DNA of 64,000 nucleotides, from NCBI GenBank assembly GCA_938084645.1, contig CALKEP010000022.1:32001-96000 (forward strand), read 5' to 3'. Made by a program: the position numbers and the translations under genes. The notes under the pieces are model-generated. The model did not search any database and was not told where the DNA came from. It was given only the letters and a program-made list of their open reading frames with translations. Source of the DNA: an uncultured Phycisphaerales bacterium (GTDB lineage Bacteria; Planctomycetota; Phycisphaerae; Phycisphaerales; SM1A02). This document shows, piece by piece, positions 31,701 through 40,887 of this stretch. Position 1 is the first letter of the stretch. Every line of letters starts with the position of its first letter.

Positions 31701-31814
31701 GTCACCGCCGGCCCGGAAGGCGGCGAGATCTCGATTTCGGCGAGCGAACTCGGGTCGGGCCGCGAGACGGCGTTCCGGTTCGAGGAAGCATGGAAGCGAG
31801 GGTGTGACCGATGA
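28761..31814 (+). CDS. purL: Phosphoribosylformylglycinamidine synthase subunit PurL (with N-terminal PurS-like region)
   Basis: QTWSEHCVHK, KVETHNHPSAIEPYGGAATG, DCGAGG, SEAQERM, FVSGKDSLNN. Confidence 0.96.
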   Translation: MTIANAASPTMTTTVHRIEIHRRPEFGDPAADALRREFEGLPPGLLPRSVDCAAVYLIEGAFSDRELSMIAEELLADPVTQSPVIGAAAAGADEVVIEVHPLPGVMDPAAASIATAIHAMLGESEGSAITVRTGRRYTFGGIDAEAGGDLATRLLANPVVHAIHTGPYHPASFPVGHQQPFEVRDVPLCELDDAGLERLSRDAHLFLSLDEMRAIQSHYQGLGREPREIELETLAQTWSEHCVHKTLKATIEYREPADESGFSIRDTAGHRPGHSVDDAGRVRIENLLKSTVAAATHQLMADGLDDWCLSVFVDNAGIVGFDDDTAVCMKVETHNHPSAIEPYGGAATGIGGCIRDIMGTGLAAKPIAATDVFCVGTDAPAEIPTGCLHPHRILGEVVAGVRDYGNRMGIPTIDGGVWFDDRYIGNPLVYVGCVGVMPRDLISGDARPGDRIIAMGGRTGRDGIHGATFSSAELTDTHADEFSHAVQIGNAITEKVTLDAVLAARDHPDGCLFSSITDCGAGGFSSAVGEMGEKIGAEVRLDRAPLKYDGLSPVEVWISEAQERMVLAVPAENVDAIAAICDSHDVEWCDLGEFGTPDRELVLRWGDVEVGRIAMEFMHDGVPMPLREAVWDPEWAAREAGGDDVGVERSGVIGDVAGVFDLTATLLGHPNLASKAWIVRQYDHEVQGGSVVKPFVGPNAGPGDAAVIRPVPDRPRGLAIGHGLATGLARDPYVMGLAAIDECVRNMVCVGADPDRIAILDNFCWPGCDDPRNLGSLVRAAEACLDGGLAYRTPFVSGKDSLNNQFTTEDGRTIRIPPTLLISGMGIVSEERFATTMDAKRPGSRLLAIGATTNRLGGSHYLRVGGDPAAGVDELPVVDLELGPRIARIVHDAIRQGLVRSAHDASEGGLLPAAIEMAFAGGLGLELDLDAVPVDGASVSALARAFAEDPSRYLLEVEEADLPAVEALLADVPHGVVGSFVTAGPEGGEISISASELGSGRETAFRFEEAWKRGCDR

Positions 31815-32653
31815 GCGAGGTGAACACTTCGAATCACGCGTCGTCGGACGATCGACCGAAGGCCCTCGTCATCACGGCCCCGGGCATCAACTGCGACGGC
31901 GAACTCGCACTGGCCTTCGAGGCCGCGGGTGCGGCGCCGGAGTCCGTCCTGCTCGCGGACCTGATCGAACGACCCGCGATCGTCGACCGGTTCTCGCTGA
32001 TCGGGTTGCCCGGCGGATTCAGTTATGGAGATGACGGCGGCGCAGGTCGGGTGCTCGCCCAGTTGATCCGTCGCGGCCTCTATCCCGCGCTCGCGGCCGC
32101 GGTCGAGCGTGGGGTGCCGATGATCGCGCCGTGCAACGGCTTCCAGATCGCGGTGCAGGCCGGCCTCCTGCCGGGACCGGCCGAAGGGGAGTCATGGCCC
32201 GTGGAGCCTGCGGTTCCGACCGTCGCGCTGGCGCCGAACGAGCTCGGGCGATTCCACGACGTGTGGACCGGCGTGGAGATTCCCGAGTCGACCCGGTGCA
32301 TCTGGACCGCGGGGCTCGGGGCGGTTCCGTCCGAGGCGATGGTGCTTCCCTCCGCGCACGGTGAAGGCCGCTTCGTGGCCCCCGACGAGATGATGGCGGC
32401 GCTGGAGTCCGAAGGTCGGATCGCCCTGCGGTACACCGAGGCCGATCACTTCAACGGTTCTCGTGGGCGGGTGGCCGGCATCTGCGATGCGAGTGGTCTG
32501 GTCTTCGGTCTGATGCCGCACCCGGAGCGATACACGCGGTGGTCCCAGCATCCCACCTGGACGAGACTCGAGGCTTCCGTCCGACGCGGCGACACGCCGG
32601 GCCTCGCGATGTTCAGAAACGCGGTGCGCCACGCCACGGCCGTCGTGCGTTGA
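31811..32653 (+). CDS. purQ: FGAM synthase glutaminase subunit PurQ
   Basis: PGINCD, PGGFSYGD, CNGFQ, AHGEG, GLMPHPER. Confidence 0.96.
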   Translation: MSEVNTSNHASSDDRPKALVITAPGINCDGELALAFEAAGAAPESVLLADLIERPAIVDRFSLIGLPGGFSYGDDGGAGRVLAQLIRRGLYPALAAAVERGVPMIAPCNGFQIAVQAGLLPGPAEGESWPVEPAVPTVALAPNELGRFHDVWTGVEIPESTRCIWTAGLGAVPSEAMVLPSAHGEGRFVAPDEMMAALESEGRIALRYTEADHFNGSRGRVAGICDASGLVFGLMPHPERYTRWSQHPTWTRLEASVRRGDTPGLAMFRNAVRHATAVVR

Positions 32654-33555
32654 AATCCGTGCCGGTGTCTTCCGAGGTCAGGAGTCCGAAGGGCTCACCC
32701 CCGGCGAAGTGCGGGCGTTGTGGATACGAACTCACCGGTCTCAAGCCGCGTTCGCGGTGCCCTGAATGCGGTGCCCGTGATGCGGGGGGACGAATTCGAG
32801 ATGCGGATTCCCTCGCCCGCTCCTCCTACTCCAGCATCGTCGGGGTGATCTGGCGTTCGGCCGGAGTCATGATCGGCCAGGTCGGATTCCTCTTGGTCGC
32901 GATCTCGATCATCCGGACGTTTCCGGTCTGGCTCGCCGTTTTCGCGGCCGTCTGGGTGACCGCGGGGGTGTGGTTCCGGACCAGCATCGAACTGGATCCC
33001 GATCGGGATCACGGAGTTCCGTTTCGAGGGCTGCGACATCTGCTGCGAATCGCCATCCTGCTCGGCGCTCTGGGACTGGTGATCGTCGCGCTCGTACCGG
33101 GCGTGCCCCGCGGTTCGATGATCGAGGCGGGCTCGATCACGGTGGTGCTCGCGGCAGGGGTGGTCGCGGCGGTGCTGGGTCGCCGGACCGCCTGGTGGTT
33201 GCAGCACGAGCTCGCACAGGGGAACCTCGAGGCGGCGCCGTGGGCCTGGATCCTGACGCTCGGTGGCGTGGTGCTGGTGCTTGGTTCGCACTTCGCCGGG
33301 CTCCTGCCGCCCGGGGGGATCTCGGCGACCGGCCCCAAGCTCGCGTTGGCGGCGTTCGTCGGCGCGATCGGGTGGGCCGCCGTCGTCCTGTTCGCGGACG
33401 TCCTCGTCTTCGCGTCATCGATCCGCTGCCTGCTGCATCGCGCCCACTACGAGGATCTCGAGAGGCGGCGTGAGGAGAGGCGTGCGGAAGCGGCACGGGA
33501 CTTCGACGACCGGGTTCGTCTGATGGATGGCGGCGGAAAGACCGGGCGAGATTGA
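32650..33555 (+). CDS. Multi-pass membrane protein with N-terminal zinc ribbon
   Basis: CGRCGYELTGLKPRSRCPECG followed by about 6 TM helices; start approximate. Confidence 0.75.
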   Translation: MKSVPVSSEVRSPKGSPPAKCGRCGYELTGLKPRSRCPECGARDAGGRIRDADSLARSSYSSIVGVIWRSAGVMIGQVGFLLVAISIIRTFPVWLAVFAAVWVTAGVWFRTSIELDPDRDHGVPFRGLRHLLRIAILLGALGLVIVALVPGVPRGSMIEAGSITVVLAAGVVAAVLGRRTAWWLQHELAQGNLEAAPWAWILTLGGVVLVLGSHFAGLLPPGGISATGPKLALAAFVGAIGWAAVVLFADVLVFASSIRCLLHRAHYEDLERRREERRAEAARDFDDRVRLMDGGGKTGRD

Positions 33556-33569
33556 AAGGAGCACGAGGC

Positions 33570-34547
33570 GTGGCGAAGAAGCAGCGTGGAGCGGAAGACG
33601 TCGCGAACTCCGGGGGCGATCGCCGACCGTGGCTTGGATCGCATCTGTCCATCGCGGGCGGGATGCACCATGCGCTGGAAGCGGCCGAGACGCTCGGTTG
33701 CGACTGTGTCCAGGTGTTCACCAAGAATCAGCGGCAGTGGAAGTCGAAGCCACTCGCCGAAGGCGACGTCATGGCGTGGAAGGCGGGCATCGAGCGGCTG
33801 GGCTGGACCGAGCGGCGGAATCGAGTGGTCAGTCACAACAGCTATCTCGTGAACATGGCGTCGCCTGATTCCGAGGGTTGGGAGAAGTCGGTCACGCTTC
33901 AGCGCGACGAACTGGAACGATGCGAGGCCCTCGGGATCCCCGCCTGTGTCGCGCATCCGGGTGCCCATCTGGAGTCGAAGCGGAAGCCCGGCGAGCCGAA
34001 CGTGCTCGGGGTCGCACCGACGCCCGCCGAGGAGAAGGGGCTCGGTCGCATCGTGGCCGCGCTCGATCGACTCGAGCGGGAGACCCGGGGGTTCGAGGTT
34101 CGGACCGCACTCGAGAACACGGTGGGAAGCGGGACCAATCTCGGGTACGACCCGGGTCACCTCGCGTGGATTCGGGACCGGGTCGCGGCACCGGAACGGG
34201 TCGGTTTCTGTTTCGACACGTGTCATGCGGTCGCCGCGGGCCACGACATGTCCACCGTCACGAAGGCGCAAAGCGTGCTCGCCCGACTCGACGCGACCTG
34301 CGGGCTCGATCAAGTGATCGCGGTCCATCTCAACGACTCGGTCGGTGATCTCGGCAGCCGGAAGGACCGGCACGCCCATATCGGACATGGGACGTGCGGA
34401 ATCCCCTGTTTCGAAGCCGTGCTGGGGGTTCCGGCGTGGCAGGAGATCCCGATGGTGCTCGAGACGGAGAAGGAAGGCGGGCTCGACGGCCGATCCTGGG
34501 ACGCGATCAACCTCGAAATGCTGGGTTCCTTGTCACCTCGTGCCTGA
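33570..34547 (+). CDS. nfo: Endonuclease IV
   Basis: LGSHLSIAGG, VQVFTKNQRQW, HNSYLVN, LENTVG, CFDTCH, HLNDS..DRHAHIG, VLET. Confidence 0.95.
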   Translation: MAKKQRGAEDVANSGGDRRPWLGSHLSIAGGMHHALEAAETLGCDCVQVFTKNQRQWKSKPLAEGDVMAWKAGIERLGWTERRNRVVSHNSYLVNMASPDSEGWEKSVTLQRDELERCEALGIPACVAHPGAHLESKRKPGEPNVLGVAPTPAEEKGLGRIVAALDRLERETRGFEVRTALENTVGSGTNLGYDPGHLAWIRDRVAAPERVGFCFDTCHAVAAGHDMSTVTKAQSVLARLDATCGLDQVIAVHLNDSVGDLGSRKDRHAHIGHGTCGIPCFEAVLGVPAWQEIPMVLETEKEGGLDGRSWDAINLEMLGSLSPRA

Positions 34548-34606
34548 TTATGCCGACGGAAGACACGTGGAGGGCTGATCCTCCGCACCCGAGGCTTGAA
34601 TCAACC

Positions 34607-35632
34607 ATGTCCAAGAATCCACTGCTCATCGTCCTTTCCTTGCCCCTCGTGCTCGCCGCATGCAGGAGTGGAGGCAACGAACAGAGCGAGGACTCGTTCT
34701 CGCTGCCTGCGCCCACTCGCGTCGTCGCCGATGTCCGGGAGCCGACCGCGATCCAGAGTTTCCGCAATGACGAAGGTCGGGCGGCGATCGAGGCCGGGGA
34801 TCATGAGAAGGCCATCCAGATCTTCGAGGAACTCCTCGATGAGAATCCATCGCTGACCGTCGCCTACATCGGGATCGGGGTCGCGTACGAGGACATCGGT
34901 GAGTACGAGCGCGCCGAACCGGCCTTCGCGCGTGCGACCCGTCTCGACCCGAGGAACTTCGAAGCCCAGCTGGGATACGGTGAAGTGCTTCAGGTCCTTG
35001 GCAAGCTTCGTGAAGCGATTCGGGCGTATCAGCAGGCGCTGGCCGTGGATCCGAACAGCGTCGAGGCGCTGGTCGGCATGTCGAGCTCCTATCTCGGGTT
35101 GGACATGGCGTCGAACGCCATCGCACCCGCGGAGCAGGCGGTGGTGCTGTCCCCGGACGACGGCCGCGCCCGCGCCGATCTCGGCGAGGCCTACATGCGG
35201 GTCGACCGGATGAGCGATGCCATCGACGCCTTCGAGATCGCGCTCGAACTTCTGGGCAACGAGCCGGCGGTGATTCGAAGCCTGGTGGAGTGCTACGCCA
35301 GCGAGGAGCGATTCGCGGAAGCGATCAACGCGGGGCAGGTCCTGGTCGCGATCGAACCGGCTCCGCAGGCGTGGGAGCGACTCGGTCGCGCCTACTTCCG
35401 GCAGGGTGACTACGACGGAAGCCTCGAGAGCTATCGTCGGGCCGTCGAGCTGGACCCCCGGTACTGGCCCGCCCTCAACGGCATCGGGGTCAACGAACTC
35501 AACGAGTGGCTTCGTTCCGACCGCACCGAGGCCGCGGCCCGGGAGGCGGCCGGTGAGGCGTTCCGAGCGAGCCTTCGCGTGTACCCTGAGCAGCCCAAGG
35601 TCGTCCAGTTGCTGACGACCTATCCGCTGTGA
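34607..35632 (+). CDS. TPR-repeat lipoprotein
   Basis: Lipobox LAAC; multiple TPR units (AIRAYQQALAVDP, YRRAVELDP). Confidence 0.9.
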   Translation: MSKNPLLIVLSLPLVLAACRSGGNEQSEDSFSLPAPTRVVADVREPTAIQSFRNDEGRAAIEAGDHEKAIQIFEELLDENPSLTVAYIGIGVAYEDIGEYERAEPAFARATRLDPRNFEAQLGYGEVLQVLGKLREAIRAYQQALAVDPNSVEALVGMSSSYLGLDMASNAIAPAEQAVVLSPDDGRARADLGEAYMRVDRMSDAIDAFEIALELLGNEPAVIRSLVECYASEERFAEAINAGQVLVAIEPAPQAWERLGRAYFRQGDYDGSLESYRRAVELDPRYWPALNGIGVNELNEWLRSDRTEAAAREAAGEAFRASLRVYPEQPKVVQLLTTYPL

Positions 35633-35648
35633 CCCGACAGGACACGCC

Positions 35649-36023
35649 ATGCGACCGATCGCCGAAGAGATCCTCGAGTTCTTCGACAACCCCGGAGCCG
35701 AGCCCTACGTCATCGAACATCGGCACGAGGAGTTCACCTCCGTCTGCCCGATGACCGGCCATCCCGACTTCGGGACCATCATGCTCCGCTATCAGCCCGC
35801 CGCGGTCTGCGTCGAGCTGAAGAGCCTCAAACTCTACTTCCACGCGTTCCGCAACGAAGGCATGTTCTTCGAAGCGGTGACCAACAAGATCCGCGACGAC
35901 CTGGCTCGAACCACGAGCCCCGTCTGGATGCAGGTGGTCAGCGACTGGAAGGGACGCGGTGGGGTCAAGAGCCGGGTGATCGCGCCCTGGGGCGACGTGC
36001 CGCCGGAGTTCCGGGCGGGCTGA
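35649..36023 (+). CDS. queF: preQ0 reductase QueF (short form)
   Basis: EFTSVCPMTGHPDFG, ELKSLKLY, RGG. Confidence 0.95.
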   Translation: MRPIAEEILEFFDNPGAEPYVIEHRHEEFTSVCPMTGHPDFGTIMLRYQPAAVCVELKSLKLYFHAFRNEGMFFEAVTNKIRDDLARTTSPVWMQVVSDWKGRGGVKSRVIAPWGDVPPEFRAG

Positions 36024-36029
36024 ACGCGA

Positions 36030-38708
36030 TCAGCCGCCGAAGAAGATCGTGGCGCCCTCGATGGATTCGATGCCGTCGAAGTCGTTCAGGCCTTCGAATC
36101 CCTTTCGGGCCGGTTCGGATCGTGGCGCCTTCCTCACGACCTCGGACTGTGCGGGCGTGAGAATCGACAGGAGGCTTCGAACGGTGCGTTCGTCGAGTTC
36201 GGTTCGGGCGAACCTCACCTGTTTTCGGTCGGCACCGGCCTTCTGCATCCTGCTCATGTCGAACGCGGCCCCGGGCATCGGCATGCCACCCTCGGCACGC
36301 CGCTGGATCGCCACCAGCGAGCGGCACGCGGCGGTCCATTCGGTCAGCCATTCCGCCCGCAGATCGATGATCGCGGTTCGCTGGGCGGCATCCAGATCCG
36401 GCAGCGCGAGTGCGGCGTCGAATCGAGATTCCGGGGAGTCCGGATCTCGGAAGCAGGACGGATGGGCGGCGCGGTCGACCGCAAGCAGGAAATCCGAACG
36501 TCGATCGCGCGGTAGCGCAGCGGCCATGCGATCCCGCCAGGCCGCCTGCTTCGAACGCATCGAACGCTCGAGTTCGGCACGCTGTCCGAGGGCCCGTTCG
36601 AACGCCCGGGGGATTTCCAGATCGGCGTCGGCGGTCATCGCCCCGGAGGCCATGTCGCTGAACATCTCCAGCTCCGCGGCCTGCACGATTCGATCCAGTT
36701 CGATCGACGCCTTCGCCCGATCGAACTGGGCGGCCGTCATCTCCGTCGCGTACTCCACCCCCAGCGTCCCGGCCAACGAATCGGTGACCTCGGTGACGAT
36801 CTTCTCCAGATCGAGGTTCGCCAATTGATCGCCGTTCGAGCCGATGCTCATCCCGGGGTGCGATCCGATGCTTGCGATCGCGATTTCACGTCGTCGCCTC
36901 CGGACGGTCGCGTCGAGCACCTGCTCGCCGTCGATCAGGACCGCGAGATCGCGGAAGAGCGCGGCGTCGAGCGCGTCCGCTTCGTCGAGGATCCGCAGAC
37001 GCAGCGATGCGGTCCGATCGATCGCGTTCCTCCGGCCATCCAGCGTCGTCTCGTCGGCGTTCATGGCCGGAAATCCGGCGACCCGACTCGACCGCCAGTC
37101 GGCGACGGGGCCCTCGTCCAGCGCCTCCCATGCATCCCGATAGTCCGCGAAGAGCGAGTCGGCGATCGATCGCATCCCGTTCGCGACGCCAAGGCGTTCG
37201 AGGATCAGTGCGTAGGCGGCTGGTTCGATCGGTCGCGGAATTCGTTCTCGAGCACCGCGGAACCAATCGGCCGGATCACCACCCATCTCCAGCATCGGTG
37301 ATTCGAGATCACCGAGATCGTCGAGATCGAAGCTGGCATCACCGATCACCATGATGGATGTGCCGATGGCGGTGGCACCGCCTTCGCCCCCGAAGAAGAT
37401 CTCCTTCGGCGCGACCGGGGCGTTCCGTCGGGCGAGTACGGTCGGGGCGATGGCTTCGAGTCGGGCACGAACCTCGCGATCGAGCGTTGAGCGTTCCGCG
37501 AGAATCCGTCCGCTCGCCGACGTCGGCTCGGGGTTCGAACCGGCGACCACCTCGCCGTCGGAACCGATCACGGTCAGGCTGATCGCGGACATTCCCATGA
37601 CCGTCTCGTTCGACGATTCCTCGCCATCGCGAATCTCCTTCGTGATCGCCCGGAGCAGTCGAGCCTCGATCTCGGCGTGCCGGATTCGCCACGATGACTC
37701 GAGGGCTCGAATCTCCTCCATCGTTTCGGCCTCGATCACGCCTCGTTCCTCGGCCTCGACCGCGGACTCGAAGAGGCCTCGAGGGGACGTGCGGTCTGGA
37801 AAGATCGCGGGAAGCGTCGCCTGGCGCCAGGCGTCGTCGATCGCGATGGCGAACGGTTCACCGTCCCGAAGACCCTGCGTGAGCTCGTCGTGGAACGCGG
37901 TGTCGGCCTGAAGGATGCTCGCCTGAAGCACGCGGGCATCCTCCGAAGCGATCGACTTCGCGGCCTGTCGAGCGCGGAGCCACGAATCGATCATGCCTTC
38001 GCGGCCGTCACCAGCGACCGCCAGTATCTGGAGATCCGGTGGTTCGACGTCACGCATCGCTTCGGCGGCCCGGAGCGGGCGTTCGATGACGAGATCGGCG
38101 AGACGTTCGAGGCGTTCGGTCCGGCTCCGGTCGTGATCGAGCGCCCGGTTCCTCATCGCGTCGTCGATGACCCATGCCGGGTCGCCATCGCCGTCGGCGA
38201 CCACGGCCTCGAGCACCTGGGTCGGTTCGATGCGGATTCCTCTGGAGAACCTCCGGCCGATCACCGCATGGGCGCGATCCCGCGTTCGGCGGGCGGCGGC
38301 ACGTTCGATCGCGTCGGGATCGAGGCCCGCGAGCGTCAGTTCGCTGAAGAGCGTTCGATCCAGGGCGGCGATCGCGGAAAGGAGTCGCCGCCGATCCTCG
38401 ATCTCGGCTCGGATCAGATCGGGATCCGGTGATTCGAACATTCCGGAGCCTTCCCGTCGCCGCTCGAGCCAGGCCTCGATCCGGCCGTTTCGGAGTGTTT
38501 CCATGGCGGCGAGATATCGCGCCATCGGTTCGTCGATCAGGGTTGCCGGTGGATCGGTGATTCCAGCGCCTTCGAGGAGCCGTTCGAGTGCCGCCGAGGA
38601 GACGGGATCCGGAAGGCCGCGAGCACCCTGGGCGTGGGCCGCCGGGCTGGTGGCCGGGGCGATCAGAAGGAATGCCAGGCAGGTGAACAGGAGACGGGAG
38701 TTGCCCAT
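36030..38708 (-). CDS. Large exported alpha-helical hypothetical protein with internal duplication
   Basis: Signal peptide from ATG 38708; two homologous halves; C-terminal LTPAQ. Confidence 0.8.
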   Translation of the reverse strand: MGNSRLLFTCLAFLLIAPATSPAAHAQGARGLPDPVSSAALERLLEGAGITDPPATLIDEPMARYLAAMETLRNGRIEAWLERRREGSGMFESPDPDLIRAEIEDRRRLLSAIAALDRTLFSELTLAGLDPDAIERAAARRTRDRAHAVIGRRFSRGIRIEPTQVLEAVVADGDGDPAWVIDDAMRNRALDHDRSRTERLERLADLVIERPLRAAEAMRDVEPPDLQILAVAGDGREGMIDSWLRARQAAKSIASEDARVLQASILQADTAFHDELTQGLRDGEPFAIAIDDAWRQATLPAIFPDRTSPRGLFESAVEAEERGVIEAETMEEIRALESSWRIRHAEIEARLLRAITKEIRDGEESSNETVMGMSAISLTVIGSDGEVVAGSNPEPTSASGRILAERSTLDREVRARLEAIAPTVLARRNAPVAPKEIFFGGEGGATAIGTSIMVIGDASFDLDDLGDLESPMLEMGGDPADWFRGARERIPRPIEPAAYALILERLGVANGMRSIADSLFADYRDAWEALDEGPVADWRSSRVAGFPAMNADETTLDGRRNAIDRTASLRLRILDEADALDAALFRDLAVLIDGEQVLDATVRRRRREIAIASIGSHPGMSIGSNGDQLANLDLEKIVTEVTDSLAGTLGVEYATEMTAAQFDRAKASIELDRIVQAAELEMFSDMASGAMTADADLEIPRAFERALGQRAELERSMRSKQAAWRDRMAAALPRDRRSDFLLAVDRAAHPSCFRDPDSPESRFDAALALPDLDAAQRTAIIDLRAEWLTEWTAACRSLVAIQRRAEGGMPMPGAAFDMSRMQKAGADRKQVRFARTELDERTVRSLLSILTPAQSEVVRKAPRSEPARKGFEGLNDFDGIESIEGATIFFGG

Positions 38709-38904
38709 GGTGGACGGATCCAATTCGGGATTGTCTGGCGGAAGGAGACTGGTACCGCTGCGATTCGCGGAAGGTGCATCAGCCACCGGTGAACCGCACG
38801 ATACATGGCGAGCGGTTGCCTCCGACGACGGGTGAGGCGATACTGCGGGGCTCGGGTCGGATTCGGCCCCTCCATGACAACCGATCTCCCCGGAAAGGGG
38901 CCAG

Positions 38905-40872
38905 ATGTCCTTCGAAGCCGCAGTTCACGCCAAGGCCATTGATCTCGATCTCCTCGCACTCGACATGACCGCCGCCGCGGGAAGCGGCCATCCGACCAGT
39001 GCCATGAGCATCGGGCATCTGGTGACCGTCCTGATGTACGACCACATGCGATGGACGCCCGCGGATCCACGGAATCCCGCTTCGGATCGACTCGTGCTGA
39101 GCGAGGGGCACGCGGTGCCGATGGTCTACGCGGCTTGTGGAGATCTGGGCGTGGGCATCGGGCGCGATGGCGATGAGCTCCGTCCGATGACCCGGAAGGA
39201 CTGTCTCGCACTGCGCGACGACGCGTCGATGATCGACGGTCATCCCAATCCGGTCGAGGGCTTTCCCTTCTTCGACGCCGCGACCGGTTCGCTCGGTCAG
39301 GGACTCTCGGTCGCCGCGGGACTCGCGGTCGCCACTCGCCTCGATGAGATCGACAAGCGGATCTTCTGCATCATCGGAGACGGAGAAAGCCGCGAAGGGC
39401 AGATCTGGGAGGCGATCGAATTCATCGTCGACCATCGATTGACGTCGGTCGTGCCGATCTTCAACTGCAACCGATACGGGCAGGCGGACCAGGTCTCGGA
39501 TCTCCAGGGGCCCGAGGTCACCCGCGCGAAACTGGAAGCGGTCGGGTTCCACGTCGAGACGGTGGATGGACATGATCCGAACGCGATTCGAACGGCGCTG
39601 GAGACGGCTCGGGAGCGAACGGGCCGACGCGAATGCGTGGCGATCATCGCGAACACCGTCAAGGGCTGGGGCGCACCGTCGCTTCAGGGGGGTGGATGGC
39701 ACGGCCGTCCCGCCACCGGCGAGCGACTGCGTCAGGCGAAGATGGAGCTCGGTGAGACGAATGCGAAGCACACGTCCGCGCTGGGAGCCACCGACCGGCT
39801 CCGGATCACCCCGCCCGAGGCGGTCGAGTCGATCCCGCGTGAAGCCGCCCCGCGAGAGCGCTTCACCGAAGCGATGAAGCGATACGACATGGGCAGCACC
39901 CTCGCCACCGGCCGGCTCGCGACCCGGAAGGCGTTCGGACTCGGGCTCCGGGTGGCGGGTCACGCGCACGCCGGTGTCCACGTGCTCGACGCGGACGTGC
40001 GAAACTCGACGTTCACCGACTGGTTCGCGAACGATCGCGAACTCGCCTCGCGTTTCAGCGAGTGCAAGATCGCGGAGCAGAACATGGCGTCGGTCGCGGT
40101 CGGGATCTCGGCGGGCGGTCGCATCCCGGTGATGGCGACCTTCGGTCGTTTTCTCTCGCGGGCGTGCGACCAGATCGAGATGGGGATCAACAGCGGCGCG
40201 AATCTCAAGATCGTGGGCAGTCACTGCGGAATCAGTCTCGCGGCGGACGGCCCGAGTCAGATGGCGCTCTCCGACGTGCCGTGGTTCCGCTCGTTCTCGA
40301 CGGTGAAGAACCATCGCGGCGAGCCGGCGTGTTGGACGCTCCAGCCGGCCGACGCCTACGCCGCGTTCGCGCTCACTCGGACGATGATCGACCACGATGG
40401 GCCCTGCTACATGCGGGTGTTCCGTCCGGAGGTCGAGTTCCTCTACGACGACGCGACGACGTTCCGTCTCGGTGGTTTCGAAGTGCTCAACGAAGGTCGC
40501 GATCTCATGATCGCGACCGCGGGCTACATGGTCCACGAGTGCAACAAGGCGTTGGAACTGCTGGACAAGGCGGGGATCGACGCGACGCTGGTCGACATGT
40601 ACTCCCTTCCCTTCGACGAGGACGGGATGCTCGACGTCGCCAACGAGAACGGCGGGAACATCCTCGTCGTCGAGGACAACTACGGCGGTGGCCTGGGTTC
40701 CGCGATCGCGGACGCGTGCACCTCGGGGGGCGATGCGTTCACGGTTCGGCAACTCCACGTCCGTCGCATCCCGAAGAGCGCACGCACCACCGACGACGTG
40801 ATGCGGCAGTGCGGCCTGGACGCCGCGAGCATCACCGCGGCGGCGGCAGCGATGGTCGGCGTCTCGGTCTGA
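38905..40872 (+). CDS. tkt: Transketolase
   Basis: GSGHPTS, ATGSLGQG, GDGESREG (TPP motif), IAEQNM, DGPSQM. Confidence 0.95.
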   Translation: MSFEAAVHAKAIDLDLLALDMTAAAGSGHPTSAMSIGHLVTVLMYDHMRWTPADPRNPASDRLVLSEGHAVPMVYAACGDLGVGIGRDGDELRPMTRKDCLALRDDASMIDGHPNPVEGFPFFDAATGSLGQGLSVAAGLAVATRLDEIDKRIFCIIGDGESREGQIWEAIEFIVDHRLTSVVPIFNCNRYGQADQVSDLQGPEVTRAKLEAVGFHVETVDGHDPNAIRTALETARERTGRRECVAIIANTVKGWGAPSLQGGGWHGRPATGERLRQAKMELGETNAKHTSALGATDRLRITPPEAVESIPREAAPRERFTEAMKRYDMGSTLATGRLATRKAFGLGLRVAGHAHAGVHVLDADVRNSTFTDWFANDRELASRFSECKIAEQNMASVAVGISAGGRIPVMATFGRFLSRACDQIEMGINSGANLKIVGSHCGISLAADGPSQMALSDVPWFRSFSTVKNHRGEPACWTLQPADAYAAFALTRTMIDHDGPCYMRVFRPEVEFLYDDATTFRLGGFEVLNEGRDLMIATAGYMVHECNKALELLDKAGIDATLVDMYSLPFDEDGMLDVANENGGNILVVEDNYGGGLGSAIADACTSGGDAFTVRQLHVRRIPKSARTTDDVMRQCGLDAASITAAAAAMVGVSV

Positions 40873-40887
40873 GTCGATTCCGATCGG

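Noticed and set aside
35633..35648. preQ1 riboswitch upstream of queF
   Set aside because: Only 16 nt of intergenic space and no matching motif.
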